Shown: positions 9,666 through 20,822, numbered from the whole stretch's first letter. The stretch: DNA of 63,915 nt, filler included, from Thermoplasmatota archaeon (GCA_041623215.1; 4 parts of 4 records of this genome joined end to end with filler, not necessarily neighbours in it), one strand, 5' to 3'. Notes: generated by a model not told the origin, from the letters alone. Numbers and translations: made by a program.

Positions 9666-10538
9666 GTGACCCCGCCCTACGTGCTTGCCGTGGACCGACC
9701 GGTTCCCGACTGGTGCCTCGTTGGTGCGCCCAAGTGCGGCACGACGAGCCTGATGTCGTGGCTCGGACAGCACCCCGAATTGTTTGTCTCCTGCATCAAG
9801 GAACCCAACTGGTTCAACGACGACGTCACGGTCTTCCGGCAGGTGCACTCCGGGCAAGCCTACCAAGAATTGTTTGCTGGCGCCGGCGACCGGCTTACGG
9901 GGGAGGGAACAACTGGCTACCTGTTCAGCCAGCGCGCCGCAGCGAACTTGGCAGCCGCCAACCCCGCGTGCAAGGTCATGGCCGCGTTCCGAGACCCAGC
10001 AGAGGTCGCCCCGGCGCTGCACGCACAATTAGTGTGGGAGGGGATTGAACCGGAACGCGAGTTTTCCGAGGCCTGGAAGCAGGACCGACCCGGGCGGTTA
10101 CCGGACGGCATTACCTACGAGGGGGCCCTGTCCTTCGGTTCGCAATGGCAACGCGTTCTGGACGCCTTTCCCGCCGCATCGTGCCATACGGTGTGGATGG
10201 ATGACCTCCGGCAAGACCCGGGCGGCGTTGTGGCGGACATCGCCTCGTTTCTTGGCGTTGACCCGACGTGGCGCCCAACCACGTTCAAGGTGGTCAACGA
10301 GCGCAAAGACATCCAAAATTTCCCACTGCACCGATTGCTTTGCAAGGTGCCTCGTACCTGGAAGACGACCCGCCGTGGGGGCTTGGTGTATCAATGGAAG
10401 CATCGCAACAGCCGACCCGCAGCCAAGTCCCATCTGCCGAGCGATTTGGCCGCCCAGTTGCGCAGCACATTGGATGCGGAGGTCGCCCTGTTGGCGCGCC
10501 TCACGGGGCGCGACTTAACGCATTGGCGCGCCGATTGA
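9666..10538 (+). CDS. PAPS-dependent sulfotransferase
   Basis: VGAPKCGTTSL 5'-PSB motif, KEPNWF, GEGTTGY, FRDPAE; start GTG 9666 approximate. Confidence 0.85.
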   Translation: MTPPYVLAVDRPVPDWCLVGAPKCGTTSLMSWLGQHPELFVSCIKEPNWFNDDVTVFRQVHSGQAYQELFAGAGDRLTGEGTTGYLFSQRAAANLAAANPACKVMAAFRDPAEVAPALHAQLVWEGIEPEREFSEAWKQDRPGRLPDGITYEGALSFGSQWQRVLDAFPAASCHTVWMDDLRQDPGGVVADIASFLGVDPTWRPTTFKVVNERKDIQNFPLHRLLCKVPRTWKTTRRGGLVYQWKHRNSRPAAKSHLPSDLAAQLRSTLDAEVALLARLTGRDLTHWRAD

Positions 10539-10599
10539 CGCTGGATTCCACCGTAGAGGTTGCAAACCCTGATGAACGAGCTCGGGTAGGTCCAGCACC

Positions 10600-11433
10600 A
10601 TGCATACGGCTTGGTTGGCACGCGCCTGGGACGCAACCATCGTCCCCATCGCCCAGCGTGCTGGTCAGGCAGCCTTGGAGATTCAGTCACAAGGAATCTT
10701 TTCGGTGGCCCACAAGGACGACCAATCCCCTGTGACGGAGGCCGATTTGGCGGCGCACCAGTCCATCATGGCCGGCCTGCGGCAGGCCACGCCCACAATT
10801 CCGATTGTGTCCGAAGAAGGCGACGCGGCCGCACCCTATCCGCCGGAAGGCGGCATTTGGTGGCTGGTTGACCCGCTTGACGGAACGAAGGAATTTGTTC
10901 GCCAAGACGGCGACTGGACGGTCAATATTGCCCTCGTCATCGAGGGAGTGCCGGTGGCGGGCGTCGTTGTAGCCCCGGCCAAGGGCTTAACCTTCTATGG
11001 CCAACAAGGCCGAGGTGCCTATTGCATCAACGAGCGCCACGAGCGCATGGAGCTTGGAGCTAGCAGCGACGATAGTGCCGCGGACGACGCGGACTTGCAC
11101 GTTGTTGCCAGTCGCAGCCACCTAGATGATACCACGCGTGAATTCCTTGACCGGCTGGGAGCGCACCGGTTGGTGACAGCCGGAAGCAGCCTCAAATTCT
11201 GCCGCCTCGCCCAGGGCGTGGCAGACCTATACCCCCGCTTGACGCCCTCCACCATGGCATGGGACACGGCCGCCGGCCACGCGGTTCTGGCAGCCGCAGG
11301 TGGCTGCGTCACCGACCTTGCAGGCACGCCATTGACGTACCTGGACCAGAAGCTTCGCGACCCCGCCTTCGTGGCTGCACGAAGCCCCGTCATCCACGCG
11401 AAAGCCTTGGCACTCATCGGGGTGGACGCATGA
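10600..11433 (+). CDS. cysQ: 3'(2'),5'-bisphosphate nucleotidase
   Basis: SPVTEAD, VSEE, LVDPLDGTKEF, ASRSH, GSSLKFC, WDTAAG. Confidence 0.93.
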   Translation: MHTAWLARAWDATIVPIAQRAGQAALEIQSQGIFSVAHKDDQSPVTEADLAAHQSIMAGLRQATPTIPIVSEEGDAAAPYPPEGGIWWLVDPLDGTKEFVRQDGDWTVNIALVIEGVPVAGVVVAPAKGLTFYGQQGRGAYCINERHERMELGASSDDSAADDADLHVVASRSHLDDTTREFLDRLGAHRLVTAGSSLKFCRLAQGVADLYPRLTPSTMAWDTAAGHAVLAAAGGCVTDLAGTPLTYLDQKLRDPAFVAARSPVIHAKALALIGVDA

Positions 11434-13127
11434 CCCCGCGAAGCGACGAACTCGAACACATCGCTTCCGCCGAGCGACGTGCCGATCTACGTGCGACCTT
11501 GTCGGATCTGCCCGGCATCGATCTCTCCTTGCGCCAGCAATGCGACCTTGAGTTGCTAGGAAACGGCGGATTTGCTCCCCTGACGGGCTTCATGGACCAA
11601 GCCGACTACGACGCCGTGTGCGCATCCATGCGCTTGGCGGACGGCACGTTGTGGCCCATGCCCATCACGCTTGACGTAAGCGACACGCTGGCCAAGGGGT
11701 TGTCGCCTGGCGACCAGGTGGCCCTTCGGGACCTCGAAGGTGTGCCCAAGGCAATTGTCAACGTTGCCGACGTCTGGCAGCCCGACCATGCATCCGAAGC
11801 CAAGCAGGTACTCGGAACCAACGACCCTGTTCACCCCGGCGTCCAATACCTTCACCACCACACACACAGCCATTACGTCGGCGGACCAGTTGAGTGGCTC
11901 GAACCACCCGACAACCATGATTTCACCGACCTACGCCACACACCTGCGCAGGTCCGAGCACACATCCAAGCAGCCGGGTGGGAGCGCGTGGTTGCCTTCC
12001 AAACGCGTAATCCATTACACCGCGCACATTTCGAAATGACCCGGCGCGCCATGGAAGAGCACGACGCAGCCTTCCTCCTGCACCCCGTCGTTGGCATGAC
12101 TAAGCCGGGCGACGTTGACCATTACACCAGGGTCCGGTGCTATCGCGCGATTATGGAGGAATACCCGGCGGAGCGTAGCATGCTGAGCCTCCTGCCGCTC
12201 GCGATGCGGATGGCGGGCCCACGTGAGGCGCTTTGGCACGCGCTCATTCGCCGGACCCACGGGGCAACCCACTTCATCGTTGGTCGAGATCACGCCGGCC
12301 CTGGCGTGGACGGCCATGGGCAGCCCTTCTACGGGCCGTACGACGCTCAGACCTTGGTGCACGAGCACGTGGAGGAGGCTGGCATTGAGTTGGTGCCCTT
12401 CCGCCACATGGTGCATGTGCCTTCGTCGGGCGGTTACCTGCCAAGTGACGAAGTACCCAAGGGAACACCCACGGAGGACCTGAGTGGCACCGAGCTCAGG
12501 CGCTTACTGCGCGCCGGTGCCGAAATCCCCGCTTGGTTCAGTTTCCCGTCGGTCGTGGCCGAGCTTCGAAAGGCGTACAAGGCACGCCGCGACCAGGGCT
12601 TCACAGTCTTCTTTACCGGCTTGTCGGGCAGCGGGAAATCCACGCTGGCCAAGGCACTCATGGCGAAGCTGATGGAATTAGGAACACGGCCCGTGACGCT
12701 TCTTGACGGAGACATCGTCCGCCGCAACCTAAGCAGCGAATTGGGCTTCAGCCGTGAGCATCGGGACTTGAACATTCGACGCATCGGCTTCGTCGCTGGA
12801 CAAATCACGCAGAATGGCGGCGCCGCCATCTGCGCACCCATTGCGCCGTATGATGCCACCCGACGCGACGTGCGCCAGTCGATTGAGGAACGCGGCGGGT
12901 TCATCTTGGTCCACGTCGCTACGCCGCTCGAGGTGTGCGAAGCGCGCGACCGCAAGGGCCTCTATGCCAAAGCACGGGCAGGGATTGTCAAGGAATTCAC
13001 CGGCATCAGTGACCCCTACGAGGAGCCCGTGGACGCCGATTTGGTGCTGGATACCACGAAGATGACGCCCGAAGCGGGAGCAGCCCTCATCTGGGATTTC
13101 CTGGCGGCCGAAGGCTACTTCGGGTAA
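11430..13127 (+). CDS. sat-cysC: Bifunctional sulfate adenylyltransferase / adenylylsulfate kinase
   Basis: AFQTRNPLHRAH, MRMAGPREA, VGRDHAG followed by FTGLSGSGKST and LDGD, RDRKGLY; ATG 11430 overlaps cysQ stop. Confidence 0.95.
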   Translation: MTPRSDELEHIASAERRADLRATLSDLPGIDLSLRQQCDLELLGNGGFAPLTGFMDQADYDAVCASMRLADGTLWPMPITLDVSDTLAKGLSPGDQVALRDLEGVPKAIVNVADVWQPDHASEAKQVLGTNDPVHPGVQYLHHHTHSHYVGGPVEWLEPPDNHDFTDLRHTPAQVRAHIQAAGWERVVAFQTRNPLHRAHFEMTRRAMEEHDAAFLLHPVVGMTKPGDVDHYTRVRCYRAIMEEYPAERSMLSLLPLAMRMAGPREALWHALIRRTHGATHFIVGRDHAGPGVDGHGQPFYGPYDAQTLVHEHVEEAGIELVPFRHMVHVPSSGGYLPSDEVPKGTPTEDLSGTELRRLLRAGAEIPAWFSFPSVVAELRKAYKARRDQGFTVFFTGLSGSGKSTLAKALMAKLMELGTRPVTLLDGDIVRRNLSSELGFSREHRDLNIRRIGFVAGQITQNGGAAICAPIAPYDATRRDVRQSIEERGGFILVHVATPLEVCEARDRKGLYAKARAGIVKEFTGISDPYEEPVDADLVLDTTKMTPEAGAALIWDFLAAEGYFG

Positions 13128-13163
13128 TCCCGGACGGGGCTGTCGCGTGCCCCCGCACGGGCA

Positions 13164-14369
13164 ATGGTGCTTGCAAAGCGTCAAGTGGCAACCCGGGGCT
13201 CGGCAGCCGTGGACGCGTACCCGTACGAACGCATTCTGGTCACAGGAGGAGCCGGCTTCATTGGCAGCGCCTTCGTCCGCCATATGGCCAACGCGGGCCG
13301 CGCCGAGGTCACTGTCCTGGATGCCTTGACGTATGCAGGCAACTTGGACAACCTTTCCTCCGTATCCGATTCCGTCAAGGTGGTCCATGGTGACATCCGT
13401 GACCGAGACACGGTGCAGGCGGTCGTCGAAGCGGTGCAGCCGCAGGCAATCGTCCACTTCGCGGCTGAAAGTCACGTGGACCGAAGTATCACCGGCCCGG
13501 AGGTTTTCGTGGATACCAACGTCGCCGGAACGCTCAACTTGCTCGAGGCGGCGCGCCGCGTGTGGCAGGCTCCTGCCAGCGCCGGGGGCGCCATGTCAAC
13601 CGACTGCCGCTTCCTGCACGTGAGCACCGATGAAGTGTACGGCGCCCTGGGGCCGCATGACCCCCCGTTTACGCAAGCATCGCCTTACCGCCCCAACAGT
13701 CCCTACGCCGCCAGCAAGGCAGCAAGCGACCATTTGGTGCGCGCCTACCATGTCACGCACGGATTGCCCACGCTGACCACCCACTGCGGAAATAATTACG
13801 GCCCGTATCAATTCCCGGAGAAGCTCATTCCCTTCATGACCCTGAACGGCCTTGCCGGCAAACCGATGCCGGTGTATGGAACCGGCAACCAAGTTCGCGA
13901 TTGGATTCACGTTGACGACCATTGCACTGCGCTGGAACTGGTGCTGCAAGCCGGCCAGCCTGGCGACACCATCAATGTGGGCGCGGACCAAGAGCAGAGC
14001 AACCTGAACGTGATTGCCGGAATTTGCGAGGCCCTGGAGCGCTACGCGCCGCGCGACGGCGGGACTCCGTACGCAGATTTGGTGACGCACGTCGCCGACC
14101 GGCCGGGCCATGACTTCCGCTATGCCTTGGATGCCTCGCCGCTTCGAGACCTTGGTTGGCAACCCTCACGGAGTTTTGAGGACGGCTTGGCCGATACAGT
14201 GTCGTGGTACATTCAGAACGCCGAGTGGCGCGACCGGGTCGTATCAGGAGCGTATGCCCGACAGCCAGCTTTTGCCTGTGACGAATCCTTCCCGCCCCAC
14301 CGAGGCCCAGAGGCGAGTGCCCCCGGCGCAAGCGGGGCATCGGCAGCCGCCTCGGAGGTCCGACCATGA
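13164..14369 (+). CDS. rmlB: dTDP-glucose 4,6-dehydratase
   Basis: [42 protein letters not shown]. Confidence 0.95.
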   Translation: MVLAKRQVATRGSAAVDAYPYERILVTGGAGFIGSAFVRHMANAGRAEVTVLDALTYAGNLDNLSSVSDSVKVVHGDIRDRDTVQAVVEAVQPQAIVHFAAESHVDRSITGPEVFVDTNVAGTLNLLEAARRVWQAPASAGGAMSTDCRFLHVSTDEVYGALGPHDPPFTQASPYRPNSPYAASKAASDHLVRAYHVTHGLPTLTTHCGNNYGPYQFPEKLIPFMTLNGLAGKPMPVYGTGNQVRDWIHVDDHCTALELVLQAGQPGDTINVGADQEQSNLNVIAGICEALERYAPRDGGTPYADLVTHVADRPGHDFRYALDASPLRDLGWQPSRSFEDGLADTVSWYIQNAEWRDRVVSGAYARQPAFACDESFPPHRGPEASAPGASGASAAASEVRP

Positions 14370-15256
14370 CTCCCGGCGGCGCGGCGCGCAAAGGCATTGT
14401 GCTAGCCGGCGGCAGCGGCACCCGCCTGCACCCCATTACGCTGGGCGCAAGCAAGCAATTGCTGCCCGTCTACAACAAACCGATGGTGCATTACCCCCTG
14501 TCGACCCTTCTTCTTGCCGGCATCCGAGATATTCTTCTCATCAGCACGCCCGCCGACCTGCCTCACTACCAACGCTTGCTGGGCGACGGTTCTCGACTCG
14601 GCATTCGGTTGCAATACGCGGAACAGCCATCGCCGGATGGAATTGCCCAGGCGTTCATCATTGGGGAGCAATTCATTGACGGAGATTCGGTCGCGCTCGT
14701 CCTTGGCGACAACATCTTCCACGGCCACGGCTTGCAACGAGCGCTGGAAGCCGCCGCCCAACGCGCGTCTGGCGCGACCGTGTTCGGCGCCTTTGTCCGC
14801 GATCCAGAACGCTACGGCGTGGCCGTTTTCGACGACGAGAAACGCGTCATCCGGATCGACGAAAAGCCCAGCCGTCCTGCGTCCCGGTACGCTGTGACTG
14901 GCCTCTACTTCTACGATTCATCCGTCGTCGACATCGCCAAAGGCCTCAAGCCAAGCGCCCGCGGCGAACTGGAGATTACGGACATCAACAACGCCTACAT
15001 TGAGCGGGGAGAGCTTCAGTTCGAGGTGCTTGGCAGGGGCACCGCGTGGCTGGATACCGGCACGCCCGAAGCACTACTGGAGGCAGCCAATTACGTTTCA
15101 GCCATTGAACGACGGCAAGGCCTCAAAGTAGCCTGCCTCGAAGAGGTCGCTTTCCGTACGGGCTGCATCGACGCTGCGGCGCTCGCCCGCTTGGCGGCCG
15201 ACTACCCCAACAGCTACGGTAGCTACCTCGCCGACATCGCGGCGGAGCATACATGA
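14366..15256 (+). CDS. rmlA: Glucose-1-phosphate thymidylyltransferase
   Basis: [39 protein letters not shown]. Confidence 0.96.
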   Translation: MTPGGAARKGIVLAGGSGTRLHPITLGASKQLLPVYNKPMVHYPLSTLLLAGIRDILLISTPADLPHYQRLLGDGSRLGIRLQYAEQPSPDGIAQAFIIGEQFIDGDSVALVLGDNIFHGHGLQRALEAAAQRASGATVFGAFVRDPERYGVAVFDDEKRVIRIDEKPSRPASRYAVTGLYFYDSSVVDIAKGLKPSARGELEITDINNAYIERGELQFEVLGRGTAWLDTGTPEALLEAANYVSAIERRQGLKVACLEEVAFRTGCIDAAALARLAADYPNSYGSYLADIAAEHT

Positions 15257-15786
15257 AAAGCGCGTCAACGCCCCTGCCTGGCGTACGCATCATCACGCCA
15301 ACGCGCCACCAAGATGACCGCGGATGGTTCATGGAGACGTACCGGGCGGACACGGGACCAACCGCCGACCTGCCACTCTTTGTCCAGGACAACCACAGTT
15401 GTAGCCACCGGGGAGTCCTACGAGGGCTGCATTACCAACTCCAACATCCACAGGGAAAACTGGTTCGAGTTACCCGAGGCGCGGCCTGGGACGTGGCCGT
15501 GGACTTGCGGCCAGACAGCCCCACCCACGGCGAATGGTTTGGCACGCGCCTAGATGCCAAAGACGGGTCCATGCTGTGGATTCCGGAGGGTATGGCACAT
15601 GGCTTTCTGGCGCTCCAGGACGACACCCACCCGTTGTACAAGTGCACCGCTTCGTACGCGCCTGGCGACGAGCGGGGCATTCGCTGGGATGACCCCGATT
15701 TGGCGATTGACTGGCCGCACGAGGCCCCCATCGTGTCGGATCGCGACGCCGCCTTACCGTTTCTGAGGGACGCCGACCTGCCATGA
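15253..15786 (+). CDS. rmlC: dTDP-4-dehydrorhamnose 3,5-epimerase
   Basis: DDRGWF, QDNHS, LRGLHYQ, QGKLV, AHGF. Confidence 0.94.
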   Translation: MKSASTPLPGVRIITPTRHQDDRGWFMETYRADTGPTADLPLFVQDNHSCSHRGVLRGLHYQLQHPQGKLVRVTRGAAWDVAVDLRPDSPTHGEWFGTRLDAKDGSMLWIPEGMAHGFLALQDDTHPLYKCTASYAPGDERGIRWDDPDLAIDWPHEAPIVSDRDAALPFLRDADLP

Positions 15787-16703
15787 CCGAACCATGCCGT
15801 GTCCTCATCACCGGCGCAGCAGGCCAGCTTGGTAAGGCCATACTCGCGACCCTAGACGCGGACCTAGGCTCTGCTGGATGGGAGGTCCACCCGACAAATC
15901 GGGACACGCTCGATGTCTCGGATGGCGGTGCTGTCCAGGACCACGTCCTCAAGGTTGAACCCAACATCGTGGTCAATCTCGCGGCCTACACGGATGTGGA
16001 CGGCGCCGAGGCCGATTTCGACCAAGCCCATGCCGTGAATGGCCTGGGCCCGGCCAACCTGCGCCGCGCGGCCGATGGTGTGGGTGCGCGCCTAATCCAC
16101 GTGAGCACCGATTACGTCTTCGACGGCCTAGCTGCTGCCCCCTACTCGGAACGTGCTGCTCCGAACCCGCTGGGTGCCTACGGAACGAGCAAGCTCGCGG
16201 GGGAGCAGGCCGTGCTTGCCAAGACACCCGACAGGCGGCACCTGAACCACTTGGTCGTGCGAACGTCGTGGCTGTACGGCCATGAAGGTCGCAATTTCTA
16301 CACGACTATGGCTCGGCTGATGGCGGAGCACCCGGTGGTCAAAGTGGTGGCTGACCAGACCGGTACCCCAAACCCGACGTGGTGGGTCGCAGAGGTCCTG
16401 GCAACGCTCATGCGTCAATGCATGGCAGAACCGCCGGAGCCACACCCGGTGCACGGCGGACGCGTCATCCACGCCTCATGCCAAGGCACAACGACTTGGC
16501 ATGGATTTGCCAAGGCCATTAGGCAGCACCTTGGCGCGACGTGCGATGTGGAAGCAACCACGACCGAGGCATTCGGACGGCCAGCCCCACGACCCGCCTA
16601 CAGCGCCTTGGCCTGCGAGACCCTAGATGCGCTAAAGGTTCCCAGACCAACCTGGCAGGAGGGCCTTGCCCGCGTGCCACTGCCGGACTTAGCTGCCAGC
16701 TAG
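15783..16703 (+). CDS. rmlD: dTDP-4-dehydrorhamnose reductase
   Basis: GAAGQLG, AAYTDVD, STDYVFDG, YGTSKLAGE, APRPAYSAL. Confidence 0.94.
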   Translation: MTEPCRVLITGAAGQLGKAILATLDADLGSAGWEVHPTNRDTLDVSDGGAVQDHVLKVEPNIVVNLAAYTDVDGAEADFDQAHAVNGLGPANLRRAADGVGARLIHVSTDYVFDGLAAAPYSERAAPNPLGAYGTSKLAGEQAVLAKTPDRRHLNHLVVRTSWLYGHEGRNFYTTMARLMAEHPVVKVVADQTGTPNPTWWVAEVLATLMRQCMAEPPEPHPVHGGRVIHASCQGTTTWHGFAKAIRQHLGATCDVEATTTEAFGRPAPRPAYSALACETLDALKVPRPTWQEGLARVPLPDLAAS

Positions 16704-16712
16704 CTCGCCGGG

Positions 16713-17642
16713 CTAACGCGTCTCGTCCAAGATGCGGCGCAATTCCTGCCCCACGCTTTGCGGGAGCAATTGGAAGATTAGACCCGCCACAACGCCAAGT
16801 ACACCAAGGATGAGGCCAATGCCACCCACCAAGACCCACCGCAGCAGCAACCCTCCGGTCGCCTGGTAAATGTACCACGTCCAGGCCATGGCAAAAACGC
16901 CGAAGGCAAGCAGGAGTACGCCAGGCACGGCGAGCATCAGGAGCGGGTGTTGAATGCCGATTTGATTCAGAATTGTGTTAATGACGCCGCCGGCGTGGCG
17001 AACGCTCGGAAGGGTGCTGCCATCCACGTCGTAGCGGCAGGTGATGGGCACTTCGGCCAAGCGTAGCTCGGCCTTGTGGGCATCCATCAGCAGTTGGCTC
17101 TCGATGGAGAATCCCTTGTGGCTGGGCCGTAGTGCCGCAAGCGCCTGTCGACCGTAGGCCCGGAAGCCAGATTGGCTGTCAGTGAGCCGAGGTCCACCGC
17201 CGCTCCCGCCGGCGCTGCCAACCGCCGTCGTGTAGTCGAGGACTCGCTTGCCCATGCGTCGCCACAGCGGCATCTGGGTGGCGTCACCCCACCTGGCGCC
17301 CACCACCATGTCCGCACCATCCGGGCCGCCACCCGCAGCAAGCGCCGCGAGCAGGAGGGGAATTTCTTCCGGGTCATGCTGGCCGTCGCCGTCCAAGGTC
17401 ACGAGCGCGTCAAAGTCATGCTCGATGGCATAACGCCATAGGTCTTGGTAGGCCGCGCCCTTGCCTTCGTTGTCCGGGCGCCGAATGACCTTGGCACCAG
17501 CCGCTTCCGCCACATCGGCGGTTCGGTCCGTGCTGCCATCGTCCACGACCAAAACTTCGTCCACGTGTGGGCGCGCTGCAAGGACCACGGAGCCGATGGC
17601 GACCTGTTCATTGAAACAGGGAACCGCACACAATACCCGCAC
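16713..17642 (-). CDS. GT2 polyprenol/dolichol-phosphate glycosyltransferase (DPM-synthase-like) with C-terminal TM helices
   Basis: PCFNE, VDDGSTD, GKGAA, LDGDGQH, DSQSGFRAY, two C-terminal TM helices. Confidence 0.88.
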   Translation of the reverse strand: MRVLCAVPCFNEQVAIGSVVLAARPHVDEVLVVDDGSTDRTADVAEAAGAKVIRRPDNEGKGAAYQDLWRYAIEHDFDALVTLDGDGQHDPEEIPLLLAALAAGGGPDGADMVVGARWGDATQMPLWRRMGKRVLDYTTAVGSAGGSGGGPRLTDSQSGFRAYGRQALAALRPSHKGFSIESQLLMDAHKAELRLAEVPITCRYDVDGSTLPSVRHAGGVINTILNQIGIQHPLLMLAVPGVLLLAFGVFAMAWTWYIYQATGGLLLRWVLVGGIGLILGVLGVVAGLIFQLLPQSVGQELRRILDETR

Positions 17643-17802
17643 AAGGCTCGACCCTTCCCGCCATATTTAGGCGGTGCAGTCACGAAGCGGACCCATCCCC
17701 GGCCCGACCCAGGCGAGAAGCTCTAAACGGTTCGCCAGGGGTCGAGCCGCGTGGACCTGGACCCAGCCGACGGCGCTTGGCCATTGGACCGACAAGACTA
17801 CC

Positions 17803-17903
17803 TNNNNNNNNNNNNNNNNNNNNNNNNNNNNNNNNNNNNNNNNNNNNTTAATTAATTAANNNNNNNNNNNNNNNNNNNNNNNNNNNNNNNNNNNNNNNNN
17901 NNN
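17803..17903. other. Artificial contig linker
   Basis: N-run flanking TTAATTAATTAA (stops in all frames). Confidence 0.98.
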
Positions 17904-18386
17904 GGCTCCAGCTTCCTCCAGGGCCAAGCGTACGGGTGTCAAGCCGAGTCGAATGACTTCAACTGGCAGAGCGAAGGTGGAGCCAAGGGTTTGGACCTCC
18001 TTGCTGGCGTCGGCCACTACAACCATGCGCTTGCTTGCCGCAGCCACAATTTTCTCGCGCGTTAGCGCCCCGCCGCCGCCCTTGATGAGGCGCAGATGGG
18101 GGTCGAATTCGTCAGCGCCGTCAATGGTGACATCAACGACGGGGTGGGCATCGAGATCGGTGAGCGGGATGCCGCCTTCGGCGGCCAACTTGGCGCTTGC
18201 TTCACTGGTGGGAATGCCGACGATGTCGAGTCCCTCCTCACGCACGCGGCGTGCTAACTCCACGATGGTATGATGCACGGTTGAGCCCGTTCCTAGGCCA
18301 ACAACCATGCCTGGCTTCACGTCGCCGGCTGCAGCGACGCCTGCGTCCCGCTTGAGCGCGTCAAGGTCCACGCTGGGTCGAGGCAC
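17904..18386 (-). CDS. rpiA: Ribose-5-phosphate isomerase A (3'-truncated)
   Basis: GLGTGST, DGADE, IKGGGGALTREKIV. Confidence 0.95.
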
Positions 18387-18493
18387 CGCTCGGTGTTAAG
18401 GTCGGCGACGGGCCCCGCAGCAGGTATTCCAAGAGAAACGCTGCCAAACCGTTATACCGGTCCCTTCGTCGCCCGCCAACAGGAGCCGGGACC

Positions 18494-19684
18494 ATGACTA
18501 GTGTGACCGTACAACGCAAGGGTAACCAACACCTGCAGAACTTCAAGACCGCCAGCCAAGGCCGCGTCGATGCGACGAAGGACATGACGGCCGAGGCCAT
18601 GCAGGCCAAGCTCGCCGAGGTGCTGCCTCACTTGAAGAGCAGCCACCGCTACGAGCGCACCGCCAACATCGATGGCATTCTCGTGCAATTGGTCACCAAC
18701 AGCCTCCACCAGTACGAGTTCTGGACCGACAACTGGCACGCCGCCACCGAGGCCGTCAAGCCCCACGGCCACCTGTACAGCATCAGCGGCGTCCCCGGCC
18801 ACGAGGCCCACGCCTACTACTGCCCCGACACCGACACGGCCCTGTTTGTCAACACGGAATACTACGGCCAATGCAAGAGCTGGGCGCTTGGCCTCGCCGC
18901 AGTCATCTTGGAACGCAAGTTCAACACCCATTCCATTCACGGTGCCGCCGCCGAAGTTGACGGCCGTGGCATTGTGCTCATTGCTCCCACTGGCACCGGC
19001 AAGACCACCCAAGTCAACCGCCTCATGCAACACCCCCGCGGCAAAGTCATCGGCGACGATTGGGTGTACATAGGCGTCCCGGAGCGCCTTGGCCCCGAAG
19101 ACAAGCTCACAGTGTACCAGCCCGAAGTGAGCCTGTACGTACGCACAGAGAATGCCGAAAACGAACCGTGGCTCATCCCTATTTTCGACAATTGCAAGGT
19201 CGAAAACGTGGTTGACGAGCCCGGCGCCTGCGAATCGCCCTCCTGCAAGGCGGGCAACTGCATGTTTGACCAAGGTTACTCGTACTGCTACTGGGGCTTC
19301 GGCAACAGCCGTGCCCTTCTGCCCCGCAACTGGATGAAGGGTCCCGAGCGCGTCAAGGATGAGACCAGCATTGACCTCATTGTCCTGCTATGCCGCGACG
19401 AGGATGCGCCCAGCATCCGCGAACTCGACGAGGATGGCCTCATCGAAGTCCTCCAAGAAGGAAAGACGATGATTCGACCGGGCGCTGGACCTCGTGAACT
19501 CTGGGGCACCTACAAGTCCGAACCGTGGTACAACCCGTACCTGTTGGCGCCTGACCACGCCCGCCAGGAAGCCTTCTTCCGCCAGGAGGCGCGCCGGGCA
19601 ACCTGTGTGCTCCTGAACACGGCCCACCAGAGCATTGAGGAGACCTACGAACTCATCCTCAAGTACGCCGGCGTCGACGCCTAG
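18494..19684 (+). CDS. HPr-kinase/PEP-carboxykinase-like P-loop protein of unknown function
   Basis: SIHGAAAEVDGRGIVLIAPTGTGKTT and VIGDDW motifs; strong C-ending codon bias. Confidence 0.7.
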   Translation: MTSVTVQRKGNQHLQNFKTASQGRVDATKDMTAEAMQAKLAEVLPHLKSSHRYERTANIDGILVQLVTNSLHQYEFWTDNWHAATEAVKPHGHLYSISGVPGHEAHAYYCPDTDTALFVNTEYYGQCKSWALGLAAVILERKFNTHSIHGAAAEVDGRGIVLIAPTGTGKTTQVNRLMQHPRGKVIGDDWVYIGVPERLGPEDKLTVYQPEVSLYVRTENAENEPWLIPIFDNCKVENVVDEPGACESPSCKAGNCMFDQGYSYCYWGFGNSRALLPRNWMKGPERVKDETSIDLIVLLCRDEDAPSIRELDEDGLIEVLQEGKTMIRPGAGPRELWGTYKSEPWYNPYLLAPDHARQEAFFRQEARRATCVLLNTAHQSIEETYELILKYAGVDA

Positions 19685-19772
19685 GCATCTGAAGGATTAG
19701 GCCCGGCCTAGGCAGGGCTGGCAGCGCAGGCGATTTGCGTAGCGTTTTGACCTGCGGCCAGCATCGTCAGCC

Positions 19773-20726
19773 GTGCGCCTCCTGGTTTTCAAGGATGGCA
19801 AGTGGACCCTGCGCTCCGACCTGTCGCGCGAGGCAGCGCGGGCGCTTGTCCTGAGTCCGACGCCAGTCTGGGTGCGCGGGGGCGGCTCCGTCGGCACAGG
19901 CCTAGACGACCTAGCCGAATGGTTGGATTTGCATCCGCTGGCCATTGAGGACTTGCGTAATCCGCGCCAACGCCCCAAGGTCGAAGACTATGCTGGCGTG
20001 ACCTTCATCGTGTTGAGGGTGCCGCGCGAAGACGACACCGGCCAATTGGTGTGGGCTCAGGCGGGCTTCTTCCTGGGATCAGGCTTCGTCGTGTCGGCCA
20101 GCGAATCGCCACTGGTTGAATTGGAACCCATCATGGAGCGCTTGCTGGCGGGCCGCATCTGCCAGGACGGTCGGCCCGACCGCCTCCTGTACCACCTGTT
20201 GGACGCCCTCGTGGATTCATACTTCCCCCTGCTCGATGGCATTGAAGACCGGCTCGAGGAGATTGATGACAAAGTGTTGGACCGGGCGGACCAGGCTACG
20301 TTGGGCACGATTCGCGACATCAAGCACGACCTGGCGCGGATTCGCCGCGTGGTTCCCCCCATGCGGGACGCCGTGCTGAGCCTGGAAAGAAACACCCATC
20401 CGAACGTGGGCGACGACTTGGCTGTGTATCTGCGGGACGTATCCGACCACGCCATCCGGCTCGCGGAACGTGTCGAGCACATGAAGGAGTTGGCCGTCAA
20501 TGCGCAAGACACGTGGAATGCCACCTTGGCCAATCAGCAAAACCAGGTCATGAAGCGTCTCACGGTGGTGGCGGCGCTGTTGTTGCTGCCGGGCCTCTTG
20601 GCGGGCTTGGGCGGCATGAATTTTGAGCGCGGGTTTCCGGGCTGGGGCTATTGGCAGGTGACAGCCAGCATCTTTGCCTTCATCGTGGTCGGCATCAGTG
20701 TGGCTGCGTGGCGCCGGTGGCTGTAG
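19773..20726 (+). CDS. corA: CorA-family Mg2+/Co2+ transporter
   Basis: LHPLAIED, QRPKVEDY, YLRDVSDH, NQVMKRLT, GMN signature, two C-terminal TM helices. Confidence 0.92.
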   Translation: MRLLVFKDGKWTLRSDLSREAARALVLSPTPVWVRGGGSVGTGLDDLAEWLDLHPLAIEDLRNPRQRPKVEDYAGVTFIVLRVPREDDTGQLVWAQAGFFLGSGFVVSASESPLVELEPIMERLLAGRICQDGRPDRLLYHLLDALVDSYFPLLDGIEDRLEEIDDKVLDRADQATLGTIRDIKHDLARIRRVVPPMRDAVLSLERNTHPNVGDDLAVYLRDVSDHAIRLAERVEHMKELAVNAQDTWNATLANQQNQVMKRLTVVAALLLLPGLLAGLGGMNFERGFPGWGYWQVTASIFAFIVVGISVAAWRRWL

Positions 20727-20822
20727 GGTTTCGGCGGCGCAAAGGAACTTGGGTCGCGCGTGCCACGGGCTCCCCCAGGGCTGACCCCAATGGCCTAATG
20801 GCGGTCCATTTTCGCTGGCTCC

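Noticed and set aside
17705..17744. Imperfect inverted repeat around a CTCTAAAC box before a truncated ORF at 17751
   Set aside because: Short, GC-rich and at a contig end; cannot be distinguished from chance
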